Below, piece after piece: positions 49,301-61,265 of a DNA stretch of 64,000 bases (the first letter of the stretch is position 1; the number at the start of each line of letters is the position of its first letter). The stretch comes from Lingula anatina. Its lineage: Eukaryota; Animalia; Brachiopoda. The position numbers and the translations under genes are program-made. The stretch spans positions 2,604,001 to 2,668,000 of the forward strand of contig CM120642.1 in assembly GCA_051362555.1 (NCBI GenBank). The letters run 5' to 3'. Under the pieces are notes generated by a model that was given only the letters and a program-made list of their open reading frames with translations, was not told the DNA's origin and did not search any database.

Positions 49301-50563
49301 TTGGGACACCCACTGTACATTCGTCGATGTCTGAAGTAAGAAATGTTAAGATGTTCTAGCCTTCTGCAGTCTGTGTCTGTATTTCTATACCTGTAACATT
49401 GATACATTGCTACAAACTCATTACGTCCTCCTTCTTCAAAACTCTCTTCAAGAAATGCTGGTGAAATTTGAGAAAAAAACTTTGTACATCAACGAAAAAC
49501 ACCCGTATCTTTGTAGACAAATGTAGCATTGACCATAACAGTGATACATATCTCATATCTGAAATAAAACCTATATATAATTTACACAGCACGGGCGTGT
49601 ACCGGGTACGAGGGAGGAAACTCGCCCGTTTCCTTTGTCAGGAGAATTGAAATGCGATGAAGGTACACTGGTCGATGTGCCCTCTGTTTGTGTCGTTTTC
49701 TTTGTGTGTGTGTGTGTGTGTACGTGTATGTGTTGTGTGAGATTATACCTGTATTTTCATCCATATGTACAACTCACCCACACAGATGCCATCTGCTGCC
49801 TTCGTATAACCATCATAGCAAACGCAATCACAAACAGTTCCTGGCTGGTTATTGCAGGACCCTCCGTACATGTAATATATCAAGTCGTAGAAATAACATC
49901 CAAACAAGTTGGACATTTGGTAGCTTGTCTGTGGAATACATTCCCCATGTTCCCCGCACGGATTATCTTGCGCTTTGCAAGCTGAAACAAAAATTAACTG
50001 GTCTCTAATGAAGAGCAAAACGACATGCGGTTACATACTTTTTTGATGATTTAAAAGCAAAACAAATGATTAATGCTCCTCATGGGAAGCCAATGTCTCA
50101 AACTTAGATTTTGCTGTTTTATATTACCTATCCACTTTTTGGTCCATATTTTTCATGTCTATTTATCTTGTAAAGTTATCCTTAAAACCCATGCCTTAAA
50201 AATGATAACCAAACCTTAGTTACTCAAATATAAATGTTGATATTTTGCAAGTAAAACAAGACCCCTTTTCGATGCAAAAGTATCGCGCTTGCTAGACTAG
50301 AGTATTTAACATTAATTGAAGGTGTGGATATGACTTTTTAGTTAATTGTCTATAGCAAAAGCCCTCCCACCACTAATATATAATTGAAATTAGTATAAAA
50401 CATTGAACCCAAGTGCATGGACAAGTCGAACATTACGTACTTTGAGTAGGAGAAAATTCCTTTCTCTAATTATAATGAATGATATATACTCACGTATACA
50501 AATGCCAGTGACCAGCAACAGAGCTGCCACAGTCCACTTGCTGCACGTTACTTGCACTATCAT
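46400..50563 (-). CDS. Secreted multi-cbEGF + C-type lectin domain protein, copy 1 (5 exons)
   Basis: Exons 50563-50494 (signal peptide MIVQVTCSKWTVAALLLVTGICI), 49981-49778 (EGF-like), 49330-47243 (one partial plus 16 cbEGF repeats), 46996-46801 and 46637-46400 (CTLD with WIGL, W-W-DG, C..WLD..C..YIC). All phases are compatible. Confidence 0.9.
47253..49220 (-). repeat. Coding tandem array, 16 x 123 bp (41-aa calcium-binding EGF unit)
   Basis: Unit DECSLGTDNCAENATCTDTVGSFSCSCLxGFTGDGTTCx; near-identical at DNA level. Confidence 0.95.
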
Positions 50564-50630
50564 TTTGTGCCAAACGTTAGCCACAAATAAGAGTTGTCAA
50601 AACATTGAGCCACAGGTCCACATCCAAGTC

Positions 50631-50664
50631 CTTTTATAGAGCGGGTGTCTAGTCCATGACGTCA
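50631..50664 (-). promoter_or_regulatory. TATA box (TATAAAAG) and CRE palindrome TGACGTCA upstream of EGF-CTL copy 1
   Basis: TATA at about 50631-50638 and TGACGTCA at 50657-50664. The same layout recurs upstream of copy 2 (TATA about 57946-57953, TGGCGTCA about 57972-57979). Confidence 0.6.
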
Positions 50665-52156
50665 CTTTTTTAAACCCATCTATTAATCAACCGTAATGTC
50701 ACGACGTGTGGTCTAATGGCCACTGGCTTTTAGCCTTGAAGGTTTTTTTTTTTCCACGATGAAAAACAACAACGATATTTTAATCTTAGGATGATTGTTT
50801 GACAGGACAGGATAGGTCAAGACAGGGTATTTCCTCCGGTGAACAACATTTTGGTGATTCTTCAACCCATGCACTTTCGTGGTGGGAGGCCTTTTCATGA
50901 AAAAATCAGAAAGAAGTGTAGTCAATATATATAATAATATAATATAATAATATATATGGATTTTTCTCAAATCAGAATAATCATGATGTGTCGGATTTCT
51001 TTATCAAAGGCATAGTTTGTCAGGTCCTTAATGAAGCAATATGTATTCTGCTGGATTTTTCCTAAACTTTACCGACTCACTTTAATGTAAAGTGACAAAG
51101 TTAGAATGAAATTACTATCACTAAAACAAATAAAATGAAATTTGAATTAATGAATTATTTCTTTTTATTTGGATTATCGTTCTCCAGTGAGATCGATATG
51201 TTGGGCTTTTTTCTTTATCCGCTTAGAAATTGCGAAAATACACAATATCAATTACCGTGAGTTTGGAAACTAAAGTTGAAAACATTACATCAGCGTTTTT
51301 TTTTTTTTTATTTTCTTTATATGGGAGGCGGAAACTATAATGTTGATTTCAAATAAATATCCTTTAATTACCCAAACAGCTACCAACACCATTTCGGTGC
51401 TTATTTGATCACAACTATAAGTCTTACAACCTTGTGTCAGGAATTTTATGAAAGATTTACTTGAGAGGCGTTTGTAACTTTTTCATGTGGCCTGGAGGCA
51501 AAGTCTCCACAGTATTGCAGTTCCAATTTTAGGAAAATAAAAATCAATTTATTATTTAGGCAATTACCCAAATATAAATGCCAATTTTTTTGCAAGTTAA
51601 GCAATATCTTTTTCAATGCAAACGTACAGTATAAGTGTATTAGTCGGGTATCTAATTGACATTGTAAATAGGAATGTTTTTTTTTTTTTTTTTTTTTTTT
51701 TTTGTAAATTGTCATTAGAAAAAGCACTTCCACCACGATAGCCTACGGGTTGACAATCAACCAAATGTGGCTTACGAGAGGTGCGCTGTCCTGTCGTGTC
51801 CTGGCAAACATCATAATTCATCATTACATTGATTCATTGTTGATTTTTGCATAAATAACATGCGTCATAGGGATTTATTTATCTTTAAAAAAACACCTTT
51901 AAGGCAGTTCGCCGAAAGGAAACCGTTGACCAGTAGAGAGGGCTGTCCTGTCCTGTCATGGCAAAGAATCACCCTAGCATCGACATAATGATGTTTTTGC
52001 GTAAATAAGATGTACAGGGGTACCATTAAATTTTATCAATCCAGTAAAAAAAACCACAGTAGCCTAAAAGGAAATAACCGATGGCCATTGGACCACATAT
52101 TGTGACATAACCCTAAAACTCGGGTTTATAATTATTTAAATCCTCTCTTTAAGGAC

Positions 52157-52604
52157 TAGAATAAGAGAAGATGCGTCAAGGCTTACATAGCTACAGTCGG
52201 TTTTACTAGCAGTCACCGGTTCTTGTGGGGGAATTTTACGCCGTTAGCTTGTATCTTTTTCTCACAGGAATACTCACCTGCAAAAACCATATACACTCGG
52301 CAAAAGTTTGGAAACATTGTTATTTTGAATAATTGTATATACGTATTTTAACCAAAGATTGATGGATAATGCCCCCAACATAGAATAAGAGAAGATGCGT
52401 CAAGGCTTACATAGCTACAGTCGGTTTTACTAGCAGTCACCGGTTCTTGTGGGGGAATTTTACGCCGTTAGCTTGTATCTTTTTCTCACAGGAATACTCA
52501 CCTGCAAAAACCATATACACTCGGCAAAAGTTTGGAAACATTGTTATTTTGAATAATTGTATATACGTATTTTAACCAAAGATTGATGGATAATGCCCCC
52601 AACA
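52157..52604. repeat. Exact 224-bp tandem duplication
   Basis: 52157-52380 equals 52381-52604. Confidence 0.92.
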
Positions 52605-52895
52605 TTCGTTACATTTTGAAAATTTTCCAGGAAAAGATTTCTGTGGGGATTACATCAATATTTGTGGTCAAATTTCATAGATAATGAAAATGGAGTGATG
52701 AATTTTTGGAGTTTACAGTTTTTTTCTAATTTTTGAAAATGAACGGTAAAAAAACCTTTATTTTAGGCATACAGTAAGTAGGATACAATTGATTATTTCG
52801 GCTGAGGAGTCCTTACAATGTAAGGTTGGTCTGGAGTAACTTTAAGTCTTCCTTAAGCAGCCATCCTGTACAGTTCTCTTGTGAAAATCAGCTCC

Positions 52896-53063
52896 ATGGG
52901 GGACTATGTAAACCAATAAATACGTCTTGATGATGTCAACAGGAATGCAAGACGCATGAGAACACGCCTACCTAAATTCAATGAAAACGACTTCACCGAT
53001 GATGATTTCTTTGCAAGGTTCCGTTTCTCGAAAGGTGGCTTCAACTACTAGATGGATTTCATT
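52896..53063 (+). pseudogene. PIF/Harbinger (HARBI1-like) transposase N-terminal relic
   Basis: Translates MGDYVNQ*IRLDDVNRNARRMRTRLPKFNENDFTDDDFFARFRFSKGGFNY*MDFI. The D..F..RFRFSK motif is typical of Harbinger transposases; two stops. Confidence 0.6.
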
Positions 53064-53373
53064 TTTTTATTATATTAATTAATTTATTAATAATAAATTA
53101 ATAAATTAACAAATTAATAAATTTGGCTTAGATCAAAACATCCACATGCAGTGATAATGTCCATATGCACTGTTGCATGATTGAAGTTGACTAGTTGACC
53201 CCAATTATACAACATTACTGAGGCGTTTATAACGAGAACGGTGTCACAAAGGCCTACTTTAACCAATGAGGAGTTCCTTTATGTCAGTGTCCCTTACCTA
53301 AAGGCCCACTTTTGTCAAAGTAATTCCTTATCAAAGGAGAGGCTAAAGAGTGGTCTTAGAATACCATTTTTAG

Positions 53374-53770
53374 GCCTTCCTTTACCAGGGAACACCTCGT
53401 CAAAGGAAGCCTTTATAAAAGTTGACCTTAGGCCTATCTTAAGGAACATCTTGGAATACGGGCCCATATCGTTATGCCTTCCTTTACCAAGGAACACCTC
53501 ATCAAAGGAAGCCTTTATAAAAGTTGACCTTAGGCCTATTTTAAGGAACATCTTGGAATACGGGCCCTTATCGTTATGCCTTCCTTTACCAAGGAACGCC
53601 TCATCAAAGGAAGCCTTTATAAAAGTTGACCTTAGACCTATTTTAAGGAACATCTTGGAATACGGGCCCATATCGTTATGCCTTCCTTTACCAAGGAACA
53701 CCTCATCAAAGGAAGCCTTTATAAAAGTTGACCCTAGGCCTATTTTAAGGAACATCTTGGAATACGGGCC
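53374..53770. repeat. 102-bp tandem repeat, about 3.9 copies, each containing a Harbinger-like TIR end (GAATACGGGCC)
   Basis: Units start at 53374, 53476, 53578 and 53680; the last is followed by TAA. Confidence 0.85.
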
Positions 53771-55391
53771 TAAGTCTTGAGGTTGCCAAGCATCAGTATC
53801 GTGAAGCCCCCACACTGTTAATTGTCAAGATTTGCAGGCTTTGTCATGAAAATGACTGTAATTAATTTTTTTTATTGTCACAGAAATGACACATGTTGAG
53901 CAAGTAGTGCGCGAATTGGTGTCGAGTCAAAATATATATAATAGAGAGAAGAAGACATTGGTTAATTATTGCAGAGAAAATACCAGTTCATCATTAGAAT
54001 ATCATTTTTTTTCAAATTATCATCTGTAAAAGTTCATTGTATCAAAGCTTAATTTGAATATTTCAGGCAATTTGGATTTCTTAAAATATACACTTGATAA
54101 TATCACATATATATATCACAGGAAATAAGGATAAGATAAAACTTTAAAGTTTTAATTAACATAATTTCATTACAATATTAATTCATTGTCATATATATAC
54201 ATAAAAGTATAAAATGAAAATCGCTGTGTCTTTACTGTGTTTGCAATTACCACAAGTTCCTCATTCACTGTGTACGGAAATACAGGGTACTGGTATGAGA
54301 AAACAAGAGAGTATGTATTTAACCCCACCCCCACCCCCTTTGGCAGTGGTCGTGGAATGATCACAGCACGGTATTAAATAAAACAATCTTTCAATTAAGA
54401 TCGATTAACATTTCTCTGGATAAACTTTACATCAAATTATACATATTTGTATATATTCTTTTTTCATTAAAAAGTAAATATTGCAGTGTATACAATTAAC
54501 ATTTAGGTCTATAGTGTTTTAACACATTAAAATGTGCATGACATCATCGCTTCATCTTTGTTAAATTGTACAATTTTGGGCCGCCTACTTCAGGTGATGT
54601 AACAGCGCTTCCTTATGACCTGATCTGATATGATTTGACCCGAGAGCCATCAGGCCAGTATTTGCAAGGGATGTCAAGACACAATTTGCAAAAAAAAAAG
54701 CTACAGCATTTTTTTTTTCAAAGAGTAACTTTACAAGCAGTAGTTCTTCAGAAAATTAGGAGAAATGAGGAGGTGGTAAAAAGAAGGGAAGGGGCCACCT
54801 GCACTTCTGAGAGGCCAGTGCAATGGAATAATTAAGAAAGAAAATAGATGAAAAAAGAAATATCATCCATATGCAAAGTTAAGAGACTAACATGTGTCAC
54901 ATACATGGCTTAAATTATTTATTGACCATTATTGTCAAAACAAAATGTTCATTTTAGTAAACATTTTAACTAGATATAACTAATGTTTCATTATCAAGTG
55001 AAGTGTATTCACTTATTGTGCAATCACTGGATGCTCAGTTGATAAGTAGGTAAATGCAGAATGTTAAAGCGCATACATTACAGAAATATTTGTGAAAACA
55101 ATATAACTTCATTCGTACTGGCATAAGTTTTCGTTATAAAATGTTCAGTCCAATATCTGATAGTGAACTCTGTTATTTTTACATTTAAACTCTTACATCC
55201 ATTAAATATGATTATTTCTTTTAAGTTGTATAACATAATATAATAATTCTTACATGTACTTTTTTTACATCTATAAATTTATGTATATCCTTCATTAGGC
55301 TAACAACGAATATATCGGAAACAAAAAATTCAGGTTCAGATTGATTTTAAATGTTTCCACATAAAGTACAACTAAACAATGCCATGACAGT

Positions 55392-55775
55392 TTAGTTTAG
55401 AGTCACTTCACAAATATACTGTCCTGTTTCGCTACATGTTCGTCCCTTCCACTTTAAACTGCTTTTGTGTTTTATAACACCGCAAGCTTTATCAGCATTC
55501 GAGGGTGCCGTCCCGCCGCTGTTACCATTCCAATTAACGTACCCTGCAGTTGAGGAGCCGTCCAACCACGCCCAAGTACCAGGGGTCGACTGTTCCAATC
55601 CAATCCAAGTTTTGACAGAAGTAGTTCTGAAAAAGTGAACTAGATCTAATACAGGCCAGGAATAATTATCTAGTATTGTACTTGCAGTTGCGACGTTAAA
55701 ATATTATGACAGCAATACACTAATAAATACTCATAAATAAATACTCATAAACAACACCAGGTACACTAACTCTTG

Positions 55776-55818
<43 letters not shown>

Positions 55819-55888
55819 TTGTGATTCAAGGCAAGTGTAATTTTAATACAGGTAAAACATTCATGTCACCCTGTTCATCACGCCTTTA

Positions 55889-55931
<43 letters not shown>

Positions 55932-57879
55932 CCTGAGGATGTTACTAAAAGACATTAAAAACCTACATATTTGGAATGAGGGCCTCTACGTCAGAATTTT
56001 GAGATTCGCTCAATATGATAGCCAGTGTGCTTCCTGTGACATTTGTAATACACTGCGCCTTGGCACTGACATAATCTAATTGGTCACTAAAGAACTGGAA
56101 ACATTTGGTGCCATCTCTTGATTTTACCCAGAATTCGCTTCCAGGTGGACCTCCTGGGCAAGCTAGAAAAACAAAGAAAACGCATGAAAAAACCATAGCT
56201 GATAACAAGGTACAGCGTAAATTAATAGCTTAAGGTTATTAGAATAGGCAAATTTTTTTATTTACGATAATCACGCTAAAATTATTATTTGGCTCATATG
56301 TTCATTAATTAAATAAACACGAATGAAATATATGATTAAAAATAAACAAATGTTTAAGCACTGTGAGAATGTTCGCAAAATGTACCACCTTATATGACAT
56401 ATGGCAAATGAAATATTACATGTAAAAAGTTTTTAACAATGCTTTTTACTACTCTTCGTTTTCATTGGCTTAAAATTACGAATCATTAAAGCTATACTTA
56501 CTTCTACTATCAACACATATTATGTTATCTCCTGTGAAACCAGGTAAACAAGAACAAATATAACTACCAACAGTGTTCATACAAGTAGCATTTTTGGCAC
56601 AGTTGTCAGTACCCAGAGAACACTCATCCACATCCTTACATGTTGTGACATCACCAGTGAAGCCAGGTAAACAAGAACAACTGAAACTGCCAACAGTGTC
56701 TGTACATGTGGCATTTTCTGCACAGTTGTCTGTACCCAAGGAACACTCGTCCAAATTATTACACACTGTGCCATCACCACTGAAGCCAGGCAAACAAGAA
56801 CAGGTGAAACTGCCAATAGTGTCTGTGCATTTTTCACTTTCTGCGCAATTGTCGGTACCCAAGGAACACTCGTCTGAGTCACTGTTACAATCGTAGCTTC
56901 CTATGTTGTTCTCGCAAATGAGTCCTACGCAAACTGATGAATGGACTAATGCACATTCGTCGATGTCTACAAGAAAAAATAAACTAATTACAAACTCATG
57001 AACTTGATTTAGAATTGTCCCTAGTACACTCACATTTCGGTTGCAGTCGCATTGAACTCTCTTACAAAAATCTGGTGAAATAATTTCAAGGTATAGAAGG
57101 ATGCACCACCTGGCTTACCGTTTGCCTCCTTTTGCCCATTTCCCACTAGTATAAAATACAAGCACACATTGTACTAGATGTTTAAGGGATCGGGTACTGG
57201 TCAAATTCGTTTGTTTTAATTGTATTTTCAATCTTATGATAGCAGCGGCTTACCTACGCAACTGCCATCTGCTTCCTGTCTAAAACCGTTCTGGCAAACG
57301 CACTCACAAGCGGGTTGGGTGTTGCAAGGCACTCCGAAAATCAACCAGCTAAGAATGTAACATCCAAATAAGTTGGGAAGTTGGAAGTTTATGGGTGATA
57401 AACATTGTTCATTTTCACCACACGAATTAACTTGTGCTTTGCCAGCTGAAACAAAGCAAATATTTCTCAGATATTAACAAGAATAACATGTGAGATTGAG
57501 GGGTTAAGAGCTGGAGACGTTCCGTAGAACATGTATTTAAAAAACTACTCAAAATTCATTTTTGAATGTTAACCTACACATTTCGTACACAGCTACCTAC
57601 ATGTATCTTTTCCAATTCAGATTTTTTAAAAACACTATTAAATAGCTCAAATAAAAGAACCTAATGTTCACATTTCCTTCTGAAAGAAGACGTGTTTTTT
57701 TTAATGGCTGATTAATTTAATGGAACTATTAGAAATTGTTGAGATTTTTTTTTCAAAATCGAAAATTATCCCTTAAAAGAAACGTTGAATATTGATGAAT
57801 AACACTCACTTCTAGACAAGCCAATGACCAGCAATAGAGCTGCCACAGTCCAAACACTGCGTGTAGCTTGCACCATCAT
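55392..57879 (-). CDS. Secreted cbEGF + C-type lectin domain protein, copy 2 (5 exons, 3 repeats)
   Basis: Exons 57879-57810 (signal peptide), 57445-57254, 56966-56502, 56162-55967 and 55626-55392. Same phases as copy 1; WIGL motif. Confidence 0.9.
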
Positions 57880-58717
57880 CTTGTGATCAGCGGTAACCAC
57901 GAAGCAGAGTTGGGGAAACATTGAGCCACAGGTCCAAACCCTCGACTTTTATAGAGCGGATGCCGATGCCATGGCGTCACATGGATGTATGATACATGTG
58001 TATCTGGAGACAAGGCCAGTGTCTGTAGGACTGAGATTTTATCTCTGACCGGCTAAGTACCAGACCCTCGAGCAGATACCTTGCTGTGCCATGAAGGGAT
58101 GCCAAATATGTAGTGAACTTTCTATACTTACAAAATTAAATGAATGCACAGAATTTTTATAAATTTAGTAAAGCTCTATTTAAGTTTGAGATTTTGTGAA
58201 GGGTTTCTTTTTCTCCAACCAAAAAAATGGCAACCATGTTATAATAATCACCTGAGTGCGGTACTTTTCAGCTATTAGCTTTGTAGAGCCTTGTTCATTG
58301 TAATACTCTCCTTAAAAGGAAAACCACTAAGTGGAGGCCTGGTCAAAATTATGCTTTTATTATATACATGAATGAACCTGTGTCCCACTCTGTACTCGGT
58401 TCAAAGTTGTAGGCTTGGTATATTATATCTATCAGACAAGGTCAAACAGTTTGACATCATTCTAAATCCACCCTTAGCACAGAGTGCAAATGCAGTAGGG
58501 GATTTTGTAAGTAAAATTATGAAAAAAGGTAATTAACTAGAAATGCACAAATGATTTCACTTGTATAATATTAGAAATTATATTGTAGAACATTATTTTA
58601 ACATAATATAACATAATTTTTTTATTTATTTATTGACTATTATTACTATATTTCCATATGTATAATATAAGTGAGATAGAGAGCCTTTAAATGTAAAAAC
58701 ATTCCTGTGCCTAATAA

Positions 58718-58760
<43 letters not shown>

Positions 58761-59631
58761 TTCGCAAAAAGGCGCGTTTTATGCCGCTTAAAATGTGATG
58801 TAATGATATTTGATGAATTGTCACATTTGTGGTAGTTATTTTGGGCCGTTAATCGTCGTGATGGGCGGTGTTCGTACCAACCATATCCTACAGCAGTTTA
58901 CAAAAACGTTAATAATCTTATAGACCCGCAAGACTGTGATTGTGTCTCGCCTTCGATCAGAAAGATATTTGAAGTATTTTTTAAAATATTTTTCACAACA
59001 AAAAAAAACCAGTGTGTGAAAAAACTATACAAACAAAGAAAAATGAAAATTATAAAACAAGAAAAATGATTACGACTCCATCATCTTTTTTCTCTGTCCA
59101 TTCTAGCTGGTACAAAATTGGATAACAGATTGTTGTAGTAGTTGTAGTAGTAGAAGCAGCACCAGCAGTATATAGCAAAGTAAAATCCTGGATATTTAGC
59201 AATTGTTTCATGATAACCAAAATACGTGTCATCCATGACTGTTAGGCTAATGATGATTTAACCCTTTTTCAGAAGATTAACTGAAGATTTTCTAATTTTA
59301 CCAACAGGATTGAAATCACCGTTTCTCTGTCAGAAGAAATGTTAAAAAACACAAACTACTTTATAGATCGTAATTTTTTTTAACGTTCGTTGTATTTCCT
59401 GGTGATAAAAACAACTTGTCTACTAAAATATATATATATTTATATTATGATACGCCTATAGCCATTTAAAGTAACTTTGTGTCATTCATATACTGGCATA
59501 GTGTTTAGCAAGGATTCAGAGACATGTAACCATTTATCGTGTAGCGGGAGAGATGGGCTTCATTTCTGAAATCAGCCACAATATCTCTATTCGAAATTAA
59601 ATAAAGTAAGTCCACTAATTATTTTACACAA

Positions 59632-60420
59632 TTACTCAAATATAAATGTTGACATTTTGCAAGTTAAACAAGACACATTTTCGATGCAAACGTACAGCGT
59701 AAGCTACTGTATTAATTGTTAGTTAAAGGAGTAAATATGATTTCAGTCAATCAATGAAATGTTGCTTACAAGAGGAGCTGTCCTGTCATGCCACGGCAAA
59801 AAAATGTGAAATATCATAAGTTTGATGCATTGTTGTTTTCGGCGAAAAAAAAACATGCATCATGGGGATTTATTGATCGTCTATAAAAGACACCTTCCAG
59901 GCGATTGACCGAAATGTAACCGTTGACTATTATAGAGTGTCCTGCCCTGTCATGACGTAGGATTATCCATCATGCCAGGTTTGATTTATTGATGTTTTTT
60001 GCGTAAGTAAGATTTATCATTTAAATACAGTGAAGAAAACAACACCCTTGCGACAGCCGATGGCCATTGTACCATATATTTTTGTATGACTTACACACAC
60101 TGAACAATAGTAGTGTCACCTCTACTGAACCAGTACTTTGGGGGAGATAAATGACTGTGGAATGATATGATACTGGTATCATATTATTAACATCAAAATT
60201 CACAAAAGAAACGGTTCTGCATGAACATTTCATCTGTATCGATATTTTTACATTGCTTATATTCCGCCTTTTCAGGTCAATAACTTTGATTACTCTGAAT
60301 CAGGGGGTGACACTTCTATTGTCCAGTGTGTGTACTTTATTTTTTTTTATTTAATTTTGTCTTTTTCATTCAAGATTTGAGTAATAGAAGAGATGCGTAA
60401 AAACCTGAAATACAGTGTAT
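59632..60420 (+). repeat. Diverged duplicate of about 51565-52200 (its first ~70 bp also at 50220-50290)
   Basis: Shared blocks in the same order: TACYCAAATATAAATG..TTTTGCAAGT..ATGCAAA, GCTGTCCTGTC, GGGATTTATT, AACCGTTGAC, CGATGGCCATTG, AGATGCGT. Confidence 0.6.
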
Positions 60421-60592
60421 CTAGAATCAATATTTCTAAGAACTAAAAATGTGGCATTAGTCAAAGGTTTGCATTGGAGAAACTTTAAGTTCAACGGATT
60501 TGCATGTTCTTTTAAAAGACTTGGGCGTGGACCGACAGGGAGAGGGCCCATTGTTTCGCCAATCCTTCGTAGATCTACCAACTGAGCTCAAA

Positions 60593-60668
60593 ATAATAGT
60601 GCAAGTTTGATGCAGCAAGTGGACTGTGGCATCTCTGTTTCTGGTCATCAGCATACCCATACAAATAG
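60593..60668 (+). pseudogene. Dead first exon of a third EGF-CTL paralog, inverted orientation
   Basis: (ATA)IVQV*CSKWTVASLFLVISIPIQI followed by G|gtaagt. ATG has become ATA and there is an in-frame TGA; clear match to exon 1 of copy 1. Confidence 0.75.
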
Positions 60669-60704
60669 GTAAGTAAATAGTTCATTCCTGTGAATTTAAA
60701 GACA

Positions 60705-61110
60705 ACAGACCAATCAGTTTTCCTTGAAATGTGTTATCGGAGTTGCATAAATACTAAAAAACAGGAAAAACTGCTTAGCTTTACTAAAAATGGTCCGATC
60801 ATGCTAATGTTCGAACTCGACCTGTGTTTTTAGTAATATTGATCACCCCTGCGAGTTTCAAGACAATACACCTGTCAGTTTTCCTTGAAATGTGTTATTA
60901 GTGCTGAATATATGCTAAAAAAAGAGAAAAAACACAGCATAACTTTCGACAGAATGGTCCAATCATGCTGATTTTCTAACTTGACCTGCGTTTTATGAAT
61001 ATTCATCAGTTCTGTTTAAAGTCAAAAGGTAAAATGGTTTTCCACTTATTGTGTTATCGGTGGTGAAAGTGCACGGCGACGACGGCGACGACAGACGCAG
61101 GTGACGACGT
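60705..61110. repeat. Degenerate ~165-bp tandem pair plus (GAC)n-like tail; probable non-autonomous repeat
   Basis: CAGTTTTCCTTGAAATGTGTTAT ... AATGGTCC.ATCATGCT ... GACCTG.GTTTT occurs twice, followed by GGCGACGACGGCGACGACAGACG. Confidence 0.45.
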
Positions 61111-61265
61111 GAAAACGCTTGCTTCTCAAGAAAAGAAAAGCATTTATTCTCTTTAACTGTTGTTTCCATGTAGTTACAGAGAAGATGTAATAATACTGAT
61201 AATAATGAAAATAATAATTGTATCAAAGTATCAATGTTTCACTTTCCTGGAACTATGAATAACAG

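Noticed and set aside
47263-49359. Long + strand and alternative-frame repetitive ORFs (415 aa, 148 aa and others)
   Set aside because: Shadows of the 123-bp EGF array on the antisense strand or in other frames; no independent gene signals.
53241-53815. 179-aa and 166-aa repetitive ORFs on both strands
   Set aside because: By-product of the stop-free 102-bp tandem repeat.
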